A stretch of 64,000 nucleotides of DNA from Escherichia coli. GTDB taxonomy: Bacteria > Pseudomonadota > Gammaproteobacteria > Enterobacterales > Enterobacteriaceae. Of this stretch, positions 1-11,279 are shown piece by piece; within the stretch, counting starts at the first letter, position 1, and each line of letters opens with the position of its first letter. The notes beneath the pieces were generated by a model. That model did not search any database and was not told the origin of the DNA. It worked only from the letters and a program-made list of their open reading frames with translations. Location: the NCBI RefSeq assembly GCF_013315695.1, contig NZ_CP054353.1; one strand, written 5' to 3'. Both the position numbers and the translations under genes were made by a program.

Positions 1-591
1 CAGCACACTTTCTGCCGTAGGCAGCGCAATGCCATATTTTTTATTCGCCGGGTCATTCAGTTTCTGCGCGACATCCAGCAATTGCTGCCAGTTTTTCGGC
101 TCCTCCAGCCCGGCTTTTGCCAGCACATCTTTGCGATACCAGATGCCGCCAATCCAGGCGCTGACAGGAACACCGGTCCATGCGCTACCATCTTCGGTGC
201 GCACAATCCGCAGAACGCCATCGTAGAACGCGCCTTCACCGACGTTGCTGATGACCGTGGCAACCGCCAGGCGATCGATAAGCTGCTCTTTGTCCATAAC
301 TTTGGCGTAGTCATGGCTGGTTTCGATCACTTCCGGCAGCGAACCACTACGTGAAAGGGTAATGACTTTGGTGTTATAGGCGTCTTCTTCCACGGGCACT
401 TGTTTAACGGTGATGCCCGGGTTTTCTTTTTCAAAACGCGCAATTAACTGACTAATTACCGCCTGGCGTTCCTGTTCCACCGAAGAATGCATAAACTCAA
501 TGGAGACATTCGTTTTATTTTCTTCTTTACAACCTGAAATCAGGGCGCAGGAAACCAGTGCTGATAACAGCACGATTTTTGATTTAATCAT
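1..591 (-). CDS. ycjN: ABC-transporter periplasmic sugar-binding lipoprotein, N-terminal part; gene runs off window start
   Basis: Minus-strand ATG at 589-591 gives MIKSKIVLLSALVSCALISGCKEEN... (lipobox LISGC), open to position 1. Absent from ORF track because no stop lies inside the window. Position downstream of ycjM matches remembered ycjMN order. Confidence 0.8.
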   Translation of the reverse strand, partial: MIKSKIVLLSALVSCALISGCKEENKTNVSIEFMHSSVEQERQAVISQLIARFEKENPGITVKQVPVEEDAYNTKVITLSRSGSLPEVIETSHDYAKVMDKEQLIDRLAVATVISNVGEGAFYDGVLRIVRTEDGSAWTGVPVSAWIGGIWYRKDVLAKAGLEEPKNWQQLLDVAQKLNDPANKKYGIALPTAESVL

Positions 592-604
592 GAGATGTTC
601 CTTT

Positions 605-2284
605 TTATTTAATCCACATAACCTGCCAGGGGCGCAGCGTTATTTCATTACCCACTATATCAACTTCACTAATCAGATCCCGACCGTGCAGGTCAGTAAT
701 ATTTATATGCTGAATATTTTCACTGACATTAAACAATCCTGTCAGACAATTACCATCCGCGTTGCTTCTTTGAATACACATTACGGATGAATTAACCGTG
801 TCGATGGTAAAATCATTATCTGGATGAAACTCGTTATGACTTCGACGAATTTTAATTAGTCGCGACAATTCATGATATACCGCGTGCCTTAACGTCGTTT
901 TATTGTTCAGTTCGGTCGTGATCTCTTCACTGTAATATTTTTTACGGTTAATCGCACGGTTATATCCCAGTTTTTCGACACCTGCGTAATCATTACGCGA
1001 GCCCAGAATACTTTGAATATATATCGCTGGCACACCGGGGAAACTTAACAAAATCGCATGGGCAAGGATAAACCTGGCGCAACGTTCTTCATCGCTACTC
1101 TCGCGGCGGTTTAACGCATCCATATAAGTGACATTCATTTCATACGGGCTACGCGTACCGTCGGGATTATTTTTCCAGTTAACTAATGCCCCTTCCTGCT
1201 GTAATGCCTCGACCAGCGCTAATATTTCGCTTTCGGGTAGCAAGCCACGCAGTGGGTTAAGCCCGATGCCATCGTGAGAGGCGAGGAAGTTAAACCAGGT
1301 GGTGTTGCTGGAAGGTAGTGTCAGGTTTTGCGCCCACGCACAAAGCGCCTCAACGTTCTGTTTTTGCACCGCATGCAGCACCAGCGGCGGCAGCGAGAAC
1401 TGGTACACCATATGCGCTTCGTCATCACCGTTGCCAAAGTAAGCAATGTTGTCTCTGTGCGGAACATTGGTCTCGGTAATGATCACTGTACCTGGTGCTA
1501 CGTCATCAATAATCGACCGTAACAGTTTGATAATCAGATGTGTTTTTTCCAGATGGATGCAGCTTGTTCCCGGCTCTTTCCACATAAAGCCAACGGCATC
1601 CAGACGGACATATTCTGCGCCCTTTTCCAGGTAGCACAGCAATACATCCACCATCGCCAGTAACACTTCAGGGCTACGGTAATTCAGGTCAATTTGATCG
1701 TCACTAAAGGTGGTCCATAAATGGCGCGTTGAATGATCGCGCATCTGGAATGGCGTTAATAACGGTAACGCACGCGGGCGAGTGACGACGCTGAGATCGG
1801 TTTGCGGGTCAACGGCAATAAAAAAATCTTCAAAACCTGGCTGCTGTTGTAAATAGTTTTTAAACCATTCACTTTTTGCCGACATATGGTTGCAGACAAA
1901 ATCAAACATTAAATGACTGCATTCACCGAGTTGCTGAATATCCTGCCACTCCCCCGCTTCACTAGCGACCTGTTGATAATCAATTACCGAAAAGCCATCA
2001 TCAGATGACCATGGATAAAAAGGTAATAAATGAACATGTGAAAAAATGCTTTGCAGCCATTGAGGGTAAAACTGATTAAATGTGGGTAGTGGTTTTAAAT
2101 CATTACTGTGAAATTGATCGGCATAGGTGATTAACACGACATCACTTTCATCCCAGTGTTTTTTACGTCGCAGTGTAATTAATCGTTTCGCACTCTCAAG
2201 ACGCGTTACAAGTTTCTGTAAATGAGTTGCGGTAAATGTTCCACCGTAGATTTCGTCCAGGTAATCCGTAATTTTCTGTTTCAT
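605..2284 (-). CDS. ycjM: GH13 sucrose-phosphorylase-family enzyme (glucosylglycerate phosphorylase), 559 aa
   Basis: ORF 605..2311; start chosen at MKQKITDYLDEIYGG to match remembered 559-aa length. Confidence 0.85.
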   Translation of the reverse strand: MKQKITDYLDEIYGGTFTATHLQKLVTRLESAKRLITLRRKKHWDESDVVLITYADQFHSNDLKPLPTFNQFYPQWLQSIFSHVHLLPFYPWSSDDGFSVIDYQQVASEAGEWQDIQQLGECSHLMFDFVCNHMSAKSEWFKNYLQQQPGFEDFFIAVDPQTDLSVVTRPRALPLLTPFQMRDHSTRHLWTTFSDDQIDLNYRSPEVLLAMVDVLLCYLEKGAEYVRLDAVGFMWKEPGTSCIHLEKTHLIIKLLRSIIDDVAPGTVIITETNVPHRDNIAYFGNGDDEAHMVYQFSLPPLVLHAVQKQNVEALCAWAQNLTLPSSNTTWFNFLASHDGIGLNPLRGLLPESEILALVEALQQEGALVNWKNNPDGTRSPYEMNVTYMDALNRRESSDEERCARFILAHAILLSFPGVPAIYIQSILGSRNDYAGVEKLGYNRAINRKKYYSEEITTELNNKTTLRHAVYHELSRLIKIRRSHNEFHPDNDFTIDTVNSSVMCIQRSNADGNCLTGLFNVSENIQHINITDLHGRDLISEVDIVGNEITLRPWQVMWIK

Positions 2285-2465
2285 GTTGCCTTTTTGTGGT
2301 AGCGGTCCCATGAAACGAGAGACTACTCCACAGAAAATAAACTGTCAATTGAGCACAAGGGTTTTAGTCACGCAGGAAATCATTTTTTACCAGGGAAAAA
2401 GCGTATTTGTGAGCTGACGCAAATAATCTATGGGGATGTAAATAAGGTGTGACAGAAAAAGTAAA

Positions 2466-2481
2466 CGGCGCATAAGCGCCG
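2466..2481 (-). terminator. Short GC hairpin followed by T-run on minus strand, downstream of pspE
   Basis: cggcgc-ataa-gcgccg; minus strand continues gtttacttttt. Confidence 0.4.
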
Positions 2482-2497
2482 CTTAGGGTGGATTCTT

Positions 2498-2812
2498 TTA
2501 ACCTTTGACCTTCGGCATTGCGATGTCTTTCAGGCCGCCGGCGTTCTCAACGTGGGTATATCCCATCTCGCTAAGGATCTCTTTTGCCTGCCCTGACTGG
2601 CGTCCGGCATTGCAATACACTTTCACGGTGTCGTTTTTATCCGGAACGGCGGTAGCAATGCGCTCTTTTACTTCCTTCAGGGGAATATTGATGGCTCCCT
2701 GAACGTGCTCTTGCTGATACTGCTCTGGAACACGAACATCGATCCAGTGTTCAGCGGCGAAAACGGGCAGTGAAAACACCAGTGCCAGAGCAAGTAAGCC
2801 TTTTTTAAACAT
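2498..2812 (-). CDS. pspE: Rhodanese / thiosulfate sulfurtransferase with signal peptide
   Basis: 104-aa ORF, MFKKGLLALALVFSLPVFAAEHW..., rhodanese CNAGRQS active-site motif. Confidence 0.9.
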   Translation of the reverse strand: MFKKGLLALALVFSLPVFAAEHWIDVRVPEQYQQEHVQGAINIPLKEVKERIATAVPDKNDTVKVYCNAGRQSGQAKEILSEMGYTHVENAGGLKDIAMPKVKG

Positions 2813-2886
2813 GTAAGCGTCCTTCTATGGATGAAAATTGCCATCCATTATACGCCTGAGATTTAACAATTTTTGCGAAATTCCCC

Positions 2887-3108
2887 TCACCTTTTATAAC
2901 GCTGTGCCAGTTTATTGGCAGCCCGACTTAACAGCGGTTCCAGCGCCACAGCCAGCAACATTTTCAGTGGTCGGCGAGCAACTGATTTTATCGCCCAGCC
3001 AGCTACACCCGCCGGGCCATAGCGCAGTGCGGTAAGAAGTACCAGCTTGCCTGCTAATTTGAAACCAGGCTTCACCTTTTGCCCGGCCTGTTGCCAGCGA
3101 GTATTCAT
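2887..3108 (-). CDS. pspD: Phage shock protein D
   Basis: ORF 2887..3120; start placed at [10 protein letters not shown] (73 aa). Confidence 0.8.
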
Positions 3109-3116
3109 AACTTTCC

Positions 3117-3476
3117 TCACAGTTGACGGAAACGGCTACGTAACGTGAAAGTATCGGAAGTGACATAACGTTCCATCTCGCGTAAACGCGTTTCACTTGC
3201 CGCCAGTTCACGGTCGACTTCATCCAGCAATTCACTGCTGGAAGGTAGCTGCTCACCAAAGGCCATGTTGTCCGGCATTGGATCAAGCGCAAATGACAAA
3301 ATGATGTAAGCAACCAGGGTAAACAGCGCCAGACCGAAGAAAATCGACAGCACCACCAGGATACGCACCAGTTTTACTGGTACATCAAAATAGTTGGCAA
3401 TCCCGGCGCAGACGCCACGGACCATGCCCTGCTGTGGAATACGCCATAATTTTTTATTGAGATTAATGCCCGCCAT
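3117..3476 (-). CDS. pspC: Phage shock protein C
   Basis: 119-aa [33 protein letters not shown]..., PspC domain with TM segment. Confidence 0.9.
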
Positions 3477-3700
3477 TAGCGATCCCTCCAGTTCGGATGT
3501 TCTGCATCAAGAATGGATTCCAGCGCCTGAATACGTTCGCGCATCCGTTTTGCTTCATCAGCCAGTTGCGCTAATCGCTGCTGCTCACTTTGCGACAATT
3601 CACTGCGACCAGAACGATTGCTGTAATGCAGCCATAACCAGATCGGTAAAACAAACAGCACAAAAATGGTTAACGGAATAGCCAGAAATAGCGCGCTCAT
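3476..3700 (-). CDS. pspB: Phage shock protein B
   Basis: 74-aa ORF MSALFLAIPLTIFVLFVLPIWLWLHY...; stop overlaps pspC start. Confidence 0.9.
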   Translation of the reverse strand: MSALFLAIPLTIFVLFVLPIWLWLHYSNRSGRSELSQSEQQRLAQLADEAKRMRERIQALESILDAEHPNWRDR

Positions 3701-3753
3701 AAGGACTCCTTAGACGATGAGCGGCGGCGCGTTCGGACGCCGCCTGGATGTTA

Positions 3754-4494
<741 letters not shown>

Positions 4495-4588
4495 TTATCT
4501 TTTTGATTTATAAAGATCTGATTGAAGAATCAACAGCAACATGCCAGGATGAATTAGCGAATTACACTAACAAGTGGCGAATTTCATC

Positions 4589-5566
4589 ATGGCAGAATAC
4601 AAAGATAATTTACTTGGTGAGGCGAATAGCTTTCTCGAAGTGCTGGAACAGGTTTCGCATCTCGCACCACTGGATAAACCGGTGCTCATCATCGGCGAAC
4701 GCGGCACCGGTAAAGAGTTGATTGCCAGCCGCCTGCATTATCTCTCCTCCCGTTGGCAAGGGCCGTTTATTTCCCTTAACTGCGCGGCGTTAAATGAAAA
4801 TCTGCTGGATTCCGAACTGTTTGGTCACGAAGCGGGGGCGTTTACCGGTGCGCAAAAACGTCATCCTGGGAGATTTGAACGTGCCGATGGCGGTACGCTA
4901 TTTCTTGATGAACTCGCTACGGCACCGATGATGGTGCAGGAAAAATTATTGCGTGTGATTGAGTACGGTGAACTGGAGCGCGTTGGCGGTAGCCAGCCAT
5001 TGCAGGTGAATGTGCGGTTGGTATGCGCGACGAATGCCGATCTCCCGGCGATGGTCAATGAAGGTACTTTTCGCGCTGACCTGCTCGACCGGCTGGCTTT
5101 CGATGTAGTGCAACTGCCGCCCCTGCGCGAGCGCGAAAGCGACATTATGCTGATGGCAGAACACTTTGCCATTCAGATGTGTCGGGAAATCAAGCTGCCT
5201 CTGTTCCCGGGTTTTACGGAGCGCGCCAGAGAAACATTGCTGAATTATCGCTGGCCGGGAAATATTCGTGAATTGAAAAACGTGGTGGAACGTTCAGTGT
5301 ATCGCCACGGCACCAGCGATTATCCGCTTGATGACATCATTATTGATCCCTTTAAACGGCGTCCGCCTGAAGACGCTATCGCCGTTTCAGAAACCACCTC
5401 GCTTCCAACACTGCCGCTGGATTTACGTGAGTTTCAGATGCAGCAGGAAAAAGAGTTGCTGCAACTCAGTTTGCAACAAGGGAAATATAACCAGAAGCGC
5501 GCGGCTGAATTACTGGGGTTAACCTATCATCAGTTCCGCGCGTTGTTGAAAAAGCACCAGATTTAG
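4589..5566 (+). CDS. pspF: Sigma54-dependent transcriptional activator of psp operon
   Basis: ORF 4574..5566; start at MAEYKDNLLGE (325 aa); GERGTGKE Walker A, GAFTGA sigma54-contact motif, C-terminal HTH. Confidence 0.95.
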   Translation: MAEYKDNLLGEANSFLEVLEQVSHLAPLDKPVLIIGERGTGKELIASRLHYLSSRWQGPFISLNCAALNENLLDSELFGHEAGAFTGAQKRHPGRFERADGGTLFLDELATAPMMVQEKLLRVIEYGELERVGGSQPLQVNVRLVCATNADLPAMVNEGTFRADLLDRLAFDVVQLPPLRERESDIMLMAEHFAIQMCREIKLPLFPGFTERARETLLNYRWPGNIRELKNVVERSVYRHGTSDYPLDDIIIDPFKRRPPEDAIAVSETTSLPTLPLDLREFQMQQEKELLQLSLQQGKYNQKRAAELLGLTYHQFRALLKKHQI

Positions 5567-5582
5567 CGAAGTTGGGCAATAC

Positions 5583-5650
5583 AACTTGCCGGATGCGGCG
5601 TGAACGCCTTATCCGGCATACATAATCAATACGTCGTTTGCAGGCCTGAT
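5583..5650. repeat. REP/BIME-type palindromic units between convergent pspF and puuE
   Basis: gccggatgcggcgtgaacgccttatccggc and ...aggcctgataagcgcagcg... match the canonical REP palindrome family. Confidence 0.75.
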
Positions 5651-5696
5651 AAGCGCAGCGTATCAGACATTATTGCGTTGCCCCTGCTTCTGCGTA

Positions 5697-6962
5697 TTAA
5701 TCTTTCAGCGCATCCTGCAAAATTTTCATTGCCGCATCGAATTGCGCATCCGGGATGGTCAGCGGATACAGGAAACGAATCACGTTGCCGTATGCGCCAC
5801 AGGTCAGCAGAAGCAGCCCCTGCGCCAGCGCGCGTTGCTGGATTTTCTGTGCAATCGCCGCTGACGGCTCGCCCGTTTGCGGATCGTTAAACTCTGCCGC
5901 AATCATAGACCCCAGACCGCGTACCGCCGCGATGGCCGGAACGCTTTCTTTGGCATCAATCAACGTGTTTGTCAGGCGCTGGCCCAGTTGATTCGCGCGT
6001 TCACAGAGTGATTCTTTGTCGATAATGTTGAGCACAGCGTGCGCGGCAGCCACCGCCAGCGGGTTCCCGGCGTAAGTACCACCCAACCCGCCCGGCGCGG
6101 GCGCGTCCATAATATTCGCGTTACCGACCACGCCCGAAAGCGGCATGCCGCCCGCGAGGCTTTTCGCCATCGTCATTAAGTCCGGCTTATCGGCGTAGTG
6201 ATCCATGGCAAACAGTTTACCGGTACGCGCAAAGCCGCTTTGCACTTCATCGGCAATCATCACAATGCCGTGCTCGTCGCACAGGCGGCGAATGGCGGCA
6301 ACCAGCTCTTTTGGTGCAACGTTGAAACCGCCTTCGCCCTGCACCGGTTCGAAAATAATCGCCGCCACCTGCTTCGCTTCAATGTCCGATTTAAACAAGC
6401 GTTCGATGGCGTCGAGGGAGTCCTGCGTTGAAACGCCATGTAAATCTGACGGATAAGGTACGTGATATACCGAACCGGGGAACGGGCCGAAGCCGATTTT
6501 GTACGGCGCGACCTTTCCGGTCAGCGCCATGGTCATATATGTACGACCGTGGAAGCCGCCGCTAAACGCAATCACGCCAGGGCGTCCGGTATGGGCGCGG
6601 GCGATTTTCACCGCGTTCTCCACCGCTTCCGCACCGGTGGTGAAGAACGCAGTTTTAGCCTGCCCGCTCACCGGGGCAAGGGCGTTGATTTTCTCCGCCA
6701 GGGTGACGTAGCTTTCGTACGGCACAATCTGATACGCCGTGTGGGTAAACTGTTGCAATTGCTGCTCCACCGCCGCGACCAGATCAGGGTGGCGATGCCC
6801 GGTATTCAGCACCGCAATGCCTGCGGCGAAATCGATGTATTCGTTGCCCTCTACGTCCTTCAGCATAGCGTTTTCTGCCGACTGGGCGAAGAAGTTACAC
6901 ATCACGCCAACCCCGCGAGGGGTAGCAGAAAGACGACGCTGATGGAATTCATTGTTGCTCAT
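5697..6962 (-). CDS. puuE: 4-aminobutyrate aminotransferase (PLP-dependent class III)
   Basis: 421-aa ORF MSNNEFHQRRLSATPRGVG...; position in puu cluster. Confidence 0.9.
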   Translation of the reverse strand: MSNNEFHQRRLSATPRGVGVMCNFFAQSAENAMLKDVEGNEYIDFAAGIAVLNTGHRHPDLVAAVEQQLQQFTHTAYQIVPYESYVTLAEKINALAPVSGQAKTAFFTTGAEAVENAVKIARAHTGRPGVIAFSGGFHGRTYMTMALTGKVAPYKIGFGPFPGSVYHVPYPSDLHGVSTQDSLDAIERLFKSDIEAKQVAAIIFEPVQGEGGFNVAPKELVAAIRRLCDEHGIVMIADEVQSGFARTGKLFAMDHYADKPDLMTMAKSLAGGMPLSGVVGNANIMDAPAPGGLGGTYAGNPLAVAAAHAVLNIIDKESLCERANQLGQRLTNTLIDAKESVPAIAAVRGLGSMIAAEFNDPQTGEPSAAIAQKIQQRALAQGLLLLTCGAYGNVIRFLYPLTIPDAQFDAAMKILQDALKD

Positions 6963-6999
6963 GTTTCACACCTTTTGACTCTTCACTGTTAATCGGAAA

Positions 7000-8280
7000 T
7001 TAAACGCCCAGACGATCGCGCAGGCTGTAATAAGCCGCGCCCATCGCGGTAAATGGCACGCGCAGCGTGCGCCCGCCGGGGAACGGGTAATGCGGCAGAT
7101 TGGCAAAGGCGTCGAAGCGTTCGGCGTCACCGCGCAGCAGTTCAGCAATCAAACGCCCGGCAAGATGGGTACAGGTGACGCCGTGGCCGCTGTAACCCTG
7201 CATGTAATAGATGTTGGTATCAAGGCGACCGAACTGCGGCATGCGTGACAGGGTCAGCAGGAAGTTGCCCGTCCAGCGGTAATCAATTTTCACGCCCTTC
7301 AGCTGCGGGAAGGTTTTCAGCAGTTTCGGCACCACAAGGCGCTCAACATCGTCCGGGTCGCGTGCGCCGTAGACCACGCCGCCGCCGTACAGCAGGCGGT
7401 TATCGGCAGTCAGGCGGTAGTAATCAAGAAGATAGTTACAGTCTTCCACACAGTAGTTTTTCGGGATCAGCGAACGGGCTAAATCTTCCGACAGCCGTTC
7501 GGTGGTGATCACCTGCGTGCCGCACGGCATGCTGCGTTTCGCTAGTTCCGGCTCTACTTTATCGCCCAGATACGCATTCCCGGCGACAATCACGTATTTC
7601 GCCGTCACCTGACCTTTGGCAGTTCGCACAACGGCTGGCGTGGTGTGCTGGATCTGCGTCACGGCAGAAAGTTCATACACGCGCCCGCCGTTCAGGCGGA
7701 TGGCGTCCGCTTCGCCAATGGCGAGGTTTAGCGGATGAATATGCCCACCGCTGTGATCCAGCAGCGCACCAGTGTAGCGATCGCTGGCGACCTCGCGGCG
7801 AATAGCGTTGGCGTCCAGCAGCTCCAGCTGTTTATTGCCGTAGCGTTCCCAGTTCTCTTTCTGCTCTTCGAGTGTGGCGAGCTGTTTATCATTCATCGCC
7901 ACAAACAGGCCGCCGGGGCGGTAGTCGCAGTCAATCTGATAACGTTTGATACGTTCGCGGATGATCTCTCCGCCTTCAAACATCATGCTGCCGAGCATAC
8001 GGGCGGTGTCCATGCCGTAGCTTTTTTCGATCACGTCGATGTCGCGGCTGTAGGAGTTCACAAGCTGCCCGCCATTGCGTCCGCTTGCGCCGAAGCCGAT
8101 GCGTGAGGCTTCGAGAACCACTACATCAAAGCCCGCTTCCGCCAGATGCAGCGCGGAGGAAAGCCCGGTATAGCCGCCACCGACCACGCAAACGTCGCAG
8201 GAAATCGACTCATTCAGCGTGTCGAATGGCGCGTATTTATTCGCACTGGCGGCGTAGTAACTGCTGGTATGTTCGGTCAT
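7000..8280 (-). CDS. puuB: Gamma-glutamylputrescine oxidase (FAD-dependent)
   Basis: 426-aa ORF with N-terminal VCVVGGGYTGLSSA FAD-binding motif. Confidence 0.9.
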   Translation of the reverse strand: MTEHTSSYYAASANKYAPFDTLNESISCDVCVVGGGYTGLSSALHLAEAGFDVVVLEASRIGFGASGRNGGQLVNSYSRDIDVIEKSYGMDTARMLGSMMFEGGEIIRERIKRYQIDCDYRPGGLFVAMNDKQLATLEEQKENWERYGNKQLELLDANAIRREVASDRYTGALLDHSGGHIHPLNLAIGEADAIRLNGGRVYELSAVTQIQHTTPAVVRTAKGQVTAKYVIVAGNAYLGDKVEPELAKRSMPCGTQVITTERLSEDLARSLIPKNYCVEDCNYLLDYYRLTADNRLLYGGGVVYGARDPDDVERLVVPKLLKTFPQLKGVKIDYRWTGNFLLTLSRMPQFGRLDTNIYYMQGYSGHGVTCTHLAGRLIAELLRGDAERFDAFANLPHYPFPGGRTLRVPFTAMGAAYYSLRDRLGV

Positions 8281-8281
8281 T

Positions 8282-9769
8282 TCAGGCCTCCAGGCTTATC
8301 CAGATGGTTTTCAGTTCGGTGAATTTTTCAAGGGCATGCAGGGATTTGTCGCGCCCGTTGCCGCTCTGCTTATAGCCGCCAAACGGCACGGTCATATCGC
8401 CGTCGTTGTAGTTATTGACGAAGACGGAGCCGGCTTTCAGGCGGCGACTCAGGCGGTGCGCGCGGGAGAGGTCGCGCGTCCATACCGCCGCGCCAAGTCC
8501 GTACTGGCTGTCGTTGGCAAGCTGTAGCGCCTGTTCTTCTGATGTGAAACGCGTGACCACCAGCACCGGACCGAAAATCTCTTCGCGGCTTAAGGACGCA
8601 TTCGGGTCTACCTCCACAAAGATGGTCGGGCCGATGGCGGCAGCCAGCTCGGCGTTACGGCCATCCAGCAGCAGTTGCCCTTTGCTTTCGCCTTCCCGAA
8701 TAAAGCTATGGACCGAGTCGGCGTGGGCGCAGTCGATTAAGGTGCCCATGGTGGTTGCGGGATCAAGTGGATGGCCCGGCTGCCAGTTTTGCGCCTGCTG
8801 TTTTAACAGGGCTAAGAATTCATCGGCGATGTTCTCTTCCAGCAACAAACGCGTTCCGGCGATGCACACCTGGCCCTGGTTGTAGAAAATGCCTGCGGCG
8901 GTGGCGCTTGCCGCCTGTTGCAAATCCGGGCAGTCGGCGAAAACGATGTTGGCGCTTTTGCCGCCCGCCTCCAGCCAGACGCGTTTCATGTTGCTGTCGC
9001 CCGCGTCCTTCAGCAGCTGTTTCCCGGTGCGGGTTGAGCCAGTAAAGGCAATGGCATCGATATCGTTATGGCGCGAAAGCGCCTGCCCGGCTTCATGACC
9101 AAAACCCGTCACCACGTTCAACACACCATCCGGCAGCCCCGCTTCTTTCGCCAGCCCGGCGAGACGAATCGCACTGAGCGGTGATTTTTCAGACGGTTTT
9201 AGAATCACGCTGTTTCCCGCCGCCAGCGCCGGGCCGAGTTTCCAGCAAGTCAGCAGCAGCGGGAAGTTCCACGGCACGATGGCGGCAATCACGCCGACCG
9301 GTTCACGCACGATCATCGCCAGCTCATGGCTACTGGTGGTCGCCACTTCGCCATACACTTTGTCGATCGCTTCGGCGTACCAGCGAATGGCGCGCGCCGC
9401 GCCGGGAATATCATCACGCAGGCTGTGACGAATCGGTTTGCCGGTGTCGAGCGTTTCCAGCAGCGCCAGTTCTTCGGCGTTAGCTTCCATTAAATCGGCG
9501 AGTTTATTCAGTACCGCTTTACGTTTAGCCGGAGAAGAGAGTGACCAGTCGCCGCGTTCAAATACGCCGCGTGCTGCGCTCACCGCACGGTCGATATCGA
9601 CGCTCTTGCCGCGGGCAATTTTCGCCAGCGGTGCCTGGGTGACCGGATCAACGGTTTCAAAAGTTTCATTTTCCGCCGCAGCAGTATATTCACCGTTAAT
9701 AAATAAGCGGGTTTCAATGGCGAGACTTAACGCTTTATCCTGCCAGTAAGCCAGATGATGAAAATTCAT
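8282..9769 (-). CDS. puuC: Gamma-glutamyl-gamma-aminobutyraldehyde dehydrogenase (aldehyde dehydrogenase)
   Basis: ORF 8282..9865; start chosen at MNFHHLAYWQDKAL (495 aa); ALDH family sequence. Confidence 0.85.
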   Translation of the reverse strand: MNFHHLAYWQDKALSLAIETRLFINGEYTAAAENETFETVDPVTQAPLAKIARGKSVDIDRAVSAARGVFERGDWSLSSPAKRKAVLNKLADLMEANAEELALLETLDTGKPIRHSLRDDIPGAARAIRWYAEAIDKVYGEVATTSSHELAMIVREPVGVIAAIVPWNFPLLLTCWKLGPALAAGNSVILKPSEKSPLSAIRLAGLAKEAGLPDGVLNVVTGFGHEAGQALSRHNDIDAIAFTGSTRTGKQLLKDAGDSNMKRVWLEAGGKSANIVFADCPDLQQAASATAAGIFYNQGQVCIAGTRLLLEENIADEFLALLKQQAQNWQPGHPLDPATTMGTLIDCAHADSVHSFIREGESKGQLLLDGRNAELAAAIGPTIFVEVDPNASLSREEIFGPVLVVTRFTSEEQALQLANDSQYGLGAAVWTRDLSRAHRLSRRLKAGSVFVNNYNDGDMTVPFGGYKQSGNGRDKSLHALEKFTELKTIWISLEA

Positions 9770-9918
9770 TATGACTCCTGTTTCACGTCTATCAGATATA
9801 TGCAGTTTGTGAACGTCAGGGCGCAGAGATCCCCGGGCCGTATGCCCGTTTATTTCTGGCGACATTCTTTATGGATCGCCGGGCGCATTGCGCTTACCCG
9901 GCTTACAGAACAAAAAGA

Positions 9919-10476
9919 TTAAAACGTGGTGGGCGTATGGGCGCTGATAATTCGGCAAATACCTGCCGACGTATTACTGAAACTGTGCGGGATGCCGGTA
10001 TTAATGGCATAACTTTGCCCCGCGACGAGATGATAATCCTGACCATTAATCGTCAGAACAATTTCACCTTCCAGTACAGTGCCTATTTCCTCACCCTGAT
10101 GCTTAATTCTTTCCCCAGTGGTTGTGCCCGGCTGGTAAGTTTCAAAGATCATCGCCAGCGTGCGATTCGGGTTACCGTTATGAACCAGCTTCATTGACAC
10201 ACCCTGACTGCCCATCTCAATTAAGTCGTCCTGATTAATGACGACCTGCGGCTCATCAGGTTTTTCCGGCTCGGAAAAGAATTCCGAGAGTGACAGACCA
10301 TACACCTTCAGCAGCTTTTGCAGCGTACTGATGGCAGGGCTGACTTTATCTTGTTCTATCGTACTGATAGCACTGTGAGTCAGCCCGGAGAGTTCGGCGG
10401 CACGACGTTGTGAAAGCCCCTGCTGCTGGCGGATTTCCGACAAGCGTTTTCCTGGCGCCAGTCCCTCATCACTCAT
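9919..10476 (-). CDS. puuR: HTH (XRE) + cupin repressor of the puu genes
   Basis: 185-aa ORF; HTH LSQRRAAELSGLTHSAISTIEQDK then cupin domain. Confidence 0.9.
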   Translation of the reverse strand: MSDEGLAPGKRLSEIRQQQGLSQRRAAELSGLTHSAISTIEQDKVSPAISTLQKLLKVYGLSLSEFFSEPEKPDEPQVVINQDDLIEMGSQGVSMKLVHNGNPNRTLAMIFETYQPGTTTGERIKHQGEEIGTVLEGEIVLTINGQDYHLVAGQSYAINTGIPHSFSNTSAGICRIISAHTPTTF

Positions 10477-10502
10477 ATTTGCATTTCCTTAAACTGTAGT
10501 GG

Positions 10503-11267
10503 TCAGAGTCGCTGTTTTTCAGCGATATGGTGCTGACAAGCGGTGATAAAGCCCTCGAACAATATACGCGAAAGCGCGTACTCGCTACTGTTCCATTCCG
10601 GGTGCCACTGTACGCCCAGCGCAAAAGGATGATTGATGACGCTAACCGCCTCAACTAAGCCATCCGGCGAGCGAGCTTCAACACGCAACCGTGGGCTAAC
10701 GACCTTCGCCCCTTGTCCATGCAGAGAGTTTACCCAAAAGTTGCTACATTCAGGTAACAACGCAGACAGCAATCCCCCCTCTTCAACCTGAACTTCATGC
10801 GACGGTGCATATTGCTGCTCCACCGGCAGTTCGGGATCTTCCCGATGTTCCAGCAATTCAGGCTGTTCGCACAGCTTGCGATGCAACGAACCACCGGTTG
10901 CCACCACCAGTTCCTGTAAACCCCGGCAGATGGCGAAAATGGGGATGCGCCTTTCGAGTGCGGCATTAATTAACGCCATGCTCAGAAGATCACGCCCGGG
11001 ATCGGCGTCAGGCTCATCGCCGTTTTCACCATATAGGTGCGGCTGCACATTGCTGGGACTACCAGGAAGATAAATACCATCGAGTTTCGGCAAAAGTTGT
11101 TCAAGTAACGACGGTTCCGCCAGCGCATGTGGTAGCGCTATTGGCAAACCGCCTGCGTGGATGATGGCATTCAGGTACTTTTCTTGCAGAGTCTGGGTCG
11201 CATGACCCTTAAGCCTGTTCCTGCACATTACGACACCGATAACCGGATTGTTCATTATATTTTCCAT
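10503..11267 (-). CDS. puuD: Gamma-glutamyl-GABA hydrolase (class I glutamine amidotransferase-like)
   Basis: ORF 10503..11279; start chosen at MENIMNNPVIGVVMC (254 aa). Confidence 0.85.
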   Translation of the reverse strand: MENIMNNPVIGVVMCRNRLKGHATQTLQEKYLNAIIHAGGLPIALPHALAEPSLLEQLLPKLDGIYLPGSPSNVQPHLYGENGDEPDADPGRDLLSMALINAALERRIPIFAICRGLQELVVATGGSLHRKLCEQPELLEHREDPELPVEQQYAPSHEVQVEEGGLLSALLPECSNFWVNSLHGQGAKVVSPRLRVEARSPDGLVEAVSVINHPFALGVQWHPEWNSSEYALSRILFEGFITACQHHIAEKQRL

Positions 11268-11279
11268 GCTCAATCTCAC

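Noticed and set aside
29..354. Plus-strand ORFs 29..226 and 82..354 at the window start
   Set aside because: They are antisense to the ycjN coding sequence, which reads cleanly on the minus strand.
5600..5890. 96-aa plus-strand ORF spanning the REP elements and the 3' end of puuE
   Set aside because: It starts inside REP palindromes and runs antisense to puuE.
8415..8885. 156-aa plus-strand ORF, and many similar 60-130-aa ORFs antisense to or overlapping long genes (inside puuC, acnA, the RND gene, topA, trpD and others)
   Set aside because: They are fully embedded in well-supported genes on the opposite strand or in another frame, lack RBS, and have Arg/Ser/Pro-rich composition typical of shadow ORFs.
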